Source of the DNA: an uncultured Methanosarcinales archaeon
GTDB taxonomy: Archaea; Nanobdellota; Nanobdellia; Woesearchaeales; JACPBV01
DNA: 64,000 nucleotides
Direction: 5' to 3'
NCBI GenBank assembly: GCA_964577685.1
Contig: CAZNZT010000002.1
Location: 1-64,000 of the forward strand
Shown here: piece by piece, positions 60,424-64,000 of the stretch
Layout: each line of letters opens with the position of its first letter
Numbering within the stretch: the stretch's first letter is position 1
Program-made: the position numbers and the translations under genes
The notes under the pieces: generated by a model
Told to the model about the DNA's origin: nothing
The model's input: only the letters and a program-made list of their open reading frames with translations
Database searches by the model: none

Positions 60424-62313
60424 TTATAATGTTTCATCAAAGAATTCCTTAATTCTTTCTTTGTAATTTCTACTAATAGTGATTCCATAATCAGGAGGGA
60501 AACAGCTATAGTACTTCCTATCTATGTACCTTTCATCTAAGAATACAACAACCCCTCTGTCTTTTGAACTTCTTATGCATCTCCCTGCATTCTGCATCGT
60601 CCTAATCATTGCAGGAAATATATAACCATACATCCATCCTTTGCCATACTTCTCATCATAGTAATCAATAAGTTCCATTACCTCTAGGTCTGGTTTCTCT
60701 AATGGCAGGCCAACAACAATAACTCCTTTCAAGAAATCCCCGGGCAAGTCTATTCCCTCACCAAAACTTCCAGCTGTTACACAGAGTAAACAAGCCCCTT
60801 TGTTTTTGTACCTTTTGAATATCTCAAGCAATTCCTTTTTTTCCTCTTTTTTTAATCTTGGCCTTTCAATAAGCACATCCTTCTTACATAGCCCGATAAG
60901 TTTTAAGTAAATCTTGTCCCTTAATTCATAACTAGGAAAAAAAACAAGGCTATTACCGGGAATTAAGTTTACAATCTCACTCACAATCTTTGCAATCTTT
61001 TCAAATTCTTCATCCTTTCTCTTTCTAAATCTTGTTGTGGCTCCTGGGACAATAAGAGCAAGTTTATTCTTTTTTGGGAATGGACTCTCAAAAACCCTCT
61101 GCCTTACATTTTCGAAACCCAATAAGTCAGCATACATCTTGGTTGGTGTTAATGTACCAGACATGCAGATAATAGAGTATGCCCTTGCTATTACCTCCTT
61201 GCTAACAAAACTTGGGTCTAAACATCTGTAGCTTAAAACCAAATCCCTTCTCTTAGCCCTTACCCTTTCACTTAAAATTCTAGCAAATCCTTTATCCTGG
61301 CCTAGCCATGCCTCAAGAAAATTTCCAATACTTCCTATGTAACTTTGCTTTTGTTTTTCTCTTACTTCGCCTCCAACAAAATTAAAATCATCAACTAGTA
61401 GATTATAATCTATCTTTGAATTAATTTCATTGAAGAAATCCTCTTTTTTTACAAGCCTTTCATCTTTGTCTTTTTTTGTACCAAGCCTAAGCTTCTCAAG
61501 GGCTTCCTCAATAATCATTAAATACCTATGCGTTTCATCAAAACCAAATTTTGTTGATTCCTTTTTGCCCCGTTCCAACATAAAGCTACTAAGATTAAAA
61601 CTCAGCAATTCCCTGCACCTCTTAGGCAAATTATGTGCCTCATCAATAATAATAATGCTTTTCTCTAACTCCTTTTCACTCTTATTAAAAAACACATCTC
61701 TAATCTTTGGATTGAATATGTAATAATAATCAGCAATTACTATATCGCTTTCTTTTGCAAGTAAGGTTGCCATCTCATAAGGACATAACCCTTCCTTAAT
61801 ACAAATCTCCTTTAGTTTGTCACAATGCATAGGACCTAAACTCTTAAGCGTTTCTAATATTTGAAGAGCCTTAACACTAACCTTACCAGATTTCTTTTTT
61901 GTATTCAAATAGAATTCACAGTTTCCTTCCTCCCTTAATTTTTTGCAATATTCAGTAAACTCATTGCTATATAACTTATCAACCTCTCCTAAAGCACACA
62001 TCCATTGTTTTCCTATAATATCTGTGACATTAAAATCAACCTTAAATTTTTTCTTAATCAATCTTAAGGTGTCTATTGCAATATGGTGTTGGGTATGCCT
62101 TGAAGTTAAAAAAAACACAGTTAGCTTTTTCTTTAATGCAAAAGGCAGAGCAACGCTTAATGTTGCAGCAGTTTTCCCTAAGCCGGTTGGAGCATGTATA
62201 ATGGCATGCTCTCCATTTTCAAAGGCAGTTATGACTTCTTTAATCATGTCCTCTTGTATTCTTCTTATTTTTGAATGTGGAAATAAAATCTTTTCTTGCA
62301 TCTTACTGCCCAC
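60424..62313 (-). CDS. xpd: XPD/Rad3/DinG family Fe-S DNA helicase
   Basis: HAPTGLGKT, Fe-S Cys cluster (WMC...YC...C...LCPY), DEAH, MSGTL, EGIDLPG, QNAGRCIR. Confidence 0.92.
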   Translation of the reverse strand: MGSKMQEKILFPHSKIRRIQEDMIKEVITAFENGEHAIIHAPTGLGKTAATLSVALPFALKKKLTVFFLTSRHTQHHIAIDTLRLIKKKFKVDFNVTDIIGKQWMCALGEVDKLYSNEFTEYCKKLREEGNCEFYLNTKKKSGKVSVKALQILETLKSLGPMHCDKLKEICIKEGLCPYEMATLLAKESDIVIADYYYIFNPKIRDVFFNKSEKELEKSIIIIDEAHNLPKRCRELLSFNLSSFMLERGKKESTKFGFDETHRYLMIIEEALEKLRLGTKKDKDERLVKKEDFFNEINSKIDYNLLVDDFNFVGGEVREKQKQSYIGSIGNFLEAWLGQDKGFARILSERVRAKRRDLVLSYRCLDPSFVSKEVIARAYSIICMSGTLTPTKMYADLLGFENVRQRVFESPFPKKNKLALIVPGATTRFRKRKDEEFEKIAKIVSEIVNLIPGNSLVFFPSYELRDKIYLKLIGLCKKDVLIERPRLKKEEKKELLEIFKRYKNKGACLLCVTAGSFGEGIDLPGDFLKGVIVVGLPLEKPDLEVMELIDYYDEKYGKGWMYGYIFPAMIRTMQNAGRCIRSSKDRGVVVFLDERYIDRKYYSCFPPDYGITISRNYKERIKEFFDETL

Positions 62314-62499
62314 TCCATCCGATAAAAGCCTATATGAATTTATAAGTTTTGTTATTCACCATCTAATCTGAAAATTACTACCAACACTAAATAAAACAAA
62401 AAAACCAAATTTCGAAACATTTATATACTAAATACTATTTATCAAAAAATACTCTTTTTATTGGATATATTCAACAACAATTAAAGGGGGGTTGTTTGA

Positions 62500-62769
62500 A
62501 TGGAAAATAACAAGATTTTCAATGTCTTTTTTAGAGAAAAACCGGCTATGATGTTAATAAACCTAAAGAACGCGAAAGAAAATATCTATGCATCATCTCT
62601 TGCGAAACAAATAGATTGCACATATTCTCATGTTGTTAAGATTCTACAAGAAATGGAAAAAGCAGGCCTTATAACATTTCAAAAACAAGGCAGGTTAAAG
62701 CTTCTTTCTCTAACAAAGAAAGGTCAGGAAGTAGCTGAACATATTGATAATGTGAGGATTTGCTTATAA
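62500..62769 (+). CDS. Small winged-helix transcriptional regulator
   Basis: ASSLAKQIDCTYSHVVKILQEMEKAGLI...GRLKLLSLTKKG. Confidence 0.85.
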   Translation: MENNKIFNVFFREKPAMMLINLKNAKENIYASSLAKQIDCTYSHVVKILQEMEKAGLITFQKQGRLKLLSLTKKGQEVAEHIDNVRICL

Positions 62770-62812
62770 GTTCTTTAAATTATTTGTTGCATCTTCTTGC
62801 ACTTTCTTACTT

Positions 62813-63253
62813 TTAGGAACTGTAATCAGTTAAAACCAGGTGACCATGCTTCTCAAAACGGGATTGTAGTTCCCTAATAATGCGAAGAACATCATCTCTT
62901 CTTTGATCCGCCTCCTCTGCAGCAGAAACAAGGGTTGAGATGTCTTCTTTTGATACCCAAATAAAGCCCATGCGTTCTATTGTTCTCCCACCAACCCTGG
63001 TTGGTTTTTCTCCAAACTCAATTATTGAGTTTAAATACTTTTTCACACATTTATCTGCTTCTCCTATAGCCCTTTTACTTCCATCATAACGAACGCCTTC
63101 CCCATCATAATGAAAAACACCTTTTTCTGGAACATACAATAAACTTTCTTTTCTTCCCTTCCCATGAACAGCATCATTTAAACTGTCTGATATTCTTACC
63201 TCTATCCAATAAACCATAACATTATTACGATTATAATCTTCATTAACATTCAT
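62813..63253 (-). CDS. Hypothetical protein
   Basis: 146-aa ORF filling the gap, with an upstream TATA-like element. Confidence 0.6.
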   Translation of the reverse strand: MNVNEDYNRNNVMVYWIEVRISDSLNDAVHGKGRKESLLYVPEKGVFHYDGEGVRYDGSKRAIGEADKCVKKYLNSIIEFGEKPTRVGGRTIERMGFIWVSKEDISTLVSAAEEADQRRDDVLRIIRELQSRFEKHGHLVLTDYSS

Positions 63254-63402
63254 TTTGACCTTTGTTTAAAGTTGGTTGTTAGTTTTAAAAACTTTCGTTT
63301 TTGTTCATAATCAAAATAAGATTAGTTGCTTAATTCATGTATCGACTTTAGAAAGATTACAAAAAAAACATTTATAAATAACCTCATTTCATCAATTCTA
63401 AA

Positions 63403-63603
63403 ATGCAATTTGAACAAAACAAAAAAATAGAAAATCTCGGTGAAAAAATAGGGTTTATGTTTTCCTATTTCTTGTTTACCACAATTTTATTTGTAATTTT
63501 ACTTTTACTTAATAAACTACCAAACAGAAATTATTTTTATGTTATGGGGATAACCTTCTTTATTGTGGTTATTGGAGAGATAATCAAGAGGTTATTGAAG
63601 TGA
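63403..63603 (+). CDS. Small 2-TM protein
   Basis: 66 aa; TATA (TTTATAAA) about 25 nt upstream; GTGA overlap with the next gene. Confidence 0.7.
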   Translation: MQFEQNKKIENLGEKIGFMFSYFLFTTILFVILLLLNKLPNRNYFYVMGITFFIVVIGEIIKRLLK

Positions 63604-63851
63604 TTAAAGCAAAGCCTTTTATAGCAGGACTAAAAAAAGGAATACATAATTTTAGTCAAACAATTGTAGTAATAGTAAACTCAGCATTGTTGCTCTTGGT
63701 TTATTTTGTTGCTGTTGGATTGACATCTCTTATTTCTAAGCTTATTGGGAAGAATTTTCTTGACATTAACTTATCCAAAAACAGAAAGACCTATTGGTCA
63801 GATTTAGATTTAAAGAAGAAGCCAATAGATGAATACTATAGGCAATTTTGA
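63600..63851 (+). CDS. SxtJ-like small membrane protein
   Basis: NSALLLLVYF...G...L...TYW...YYRQF C-terminus; precedes a carbamoyltransferase. Confidence 0.7.
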   Translation: MIKAKPFIAGLKKGIHNFSQTIVVIVNSALLLLVYFVAVGLTSLISKLIGKNFLDINLSKNRKTYWSDLDLKKKPIDEYYRQF

Positions 63852-63863
63852 GGTTACTATAAA

Positions 63864-64000
63864 ATGTATATCCTTGGAATAAGCTGTTATTACCATGATG
63901 CATCAGCAGCATTGCTAAAAGATGGAGTCTTAGTGGCAGCTGCTCAAGAAGAAAGGTTTACAAGGAAAAAGCATGATACATCTTTTCCAATAAATGCAAT
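63864..64000 (+). CDS. Carbamoyltransferase (NodU/CmcH family), N-terminal fragment
   Basis: Translated by hand: [45 protein letters not shown]; runs off the window end. Confidence 0.9.
   Translation, partial: MYILGISCYYHDASAALLKDGVLVAAAQEERFTRKKHDTSFPINA

Noticed and set aside
3028..62371. Numerous 60-170 aa ORFs nested antisense or out of frame within long genes (e.g. 18385-18870, 42229-42729, 45973-46392, 61943-62371)
   Set aside because: They are shadow ORFs overlapping well-supported genes, with Ser/Leu/Phe-biased composition and no motifs.

Overview
Gene-dense, AT-rich archaeal chromosome segment. It is most consistent with a DPANN/Nanobdellota (Woesearchaeota-like) genome: it carries GINS, eL41, an XPD helicase, an S-layer protein, KK(A/G)Q class III signal peptides and BRE-TATA promoters. 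Left to right: (1) the 3' end of a probable type III restriction Res gene. (2) A ~17 kb minus-strand operon (2151-19105) headed by an unannotated ribbon-helix-helix gene, encoding paralogous pairs of giant Cys-rich surface proteins, pilin-signal proteins and polytopic membrane proteins. (3) A ~14.5 kb convergent locus (22062-36561) with three different AAA+ ATPases, all with non-canonical Walker B motifs. It also has three paralogous coiled-coil proteins, a metallopeptidase-vWA protein and related small membrane proteins at both ends, and contains a 735-bp perfect tandem duplication. (4) Regulators, peptidases, housekeeping genes and an S-layer/glycosylation region. (5) A 1.5 kb non-autonomous element (58843-60377) with mirror-spaced terminal repeats and a target-site duplication. 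It holds an integron-like cassette, and within that cassette a two-gene module bounded by attL/attR-like sites. (6) XPD and the start of a carbamoyltransferase locus. I saw no rRNA, tRNA or CRISPR array. All family assignments come from motif recognition by eye, not database searches.
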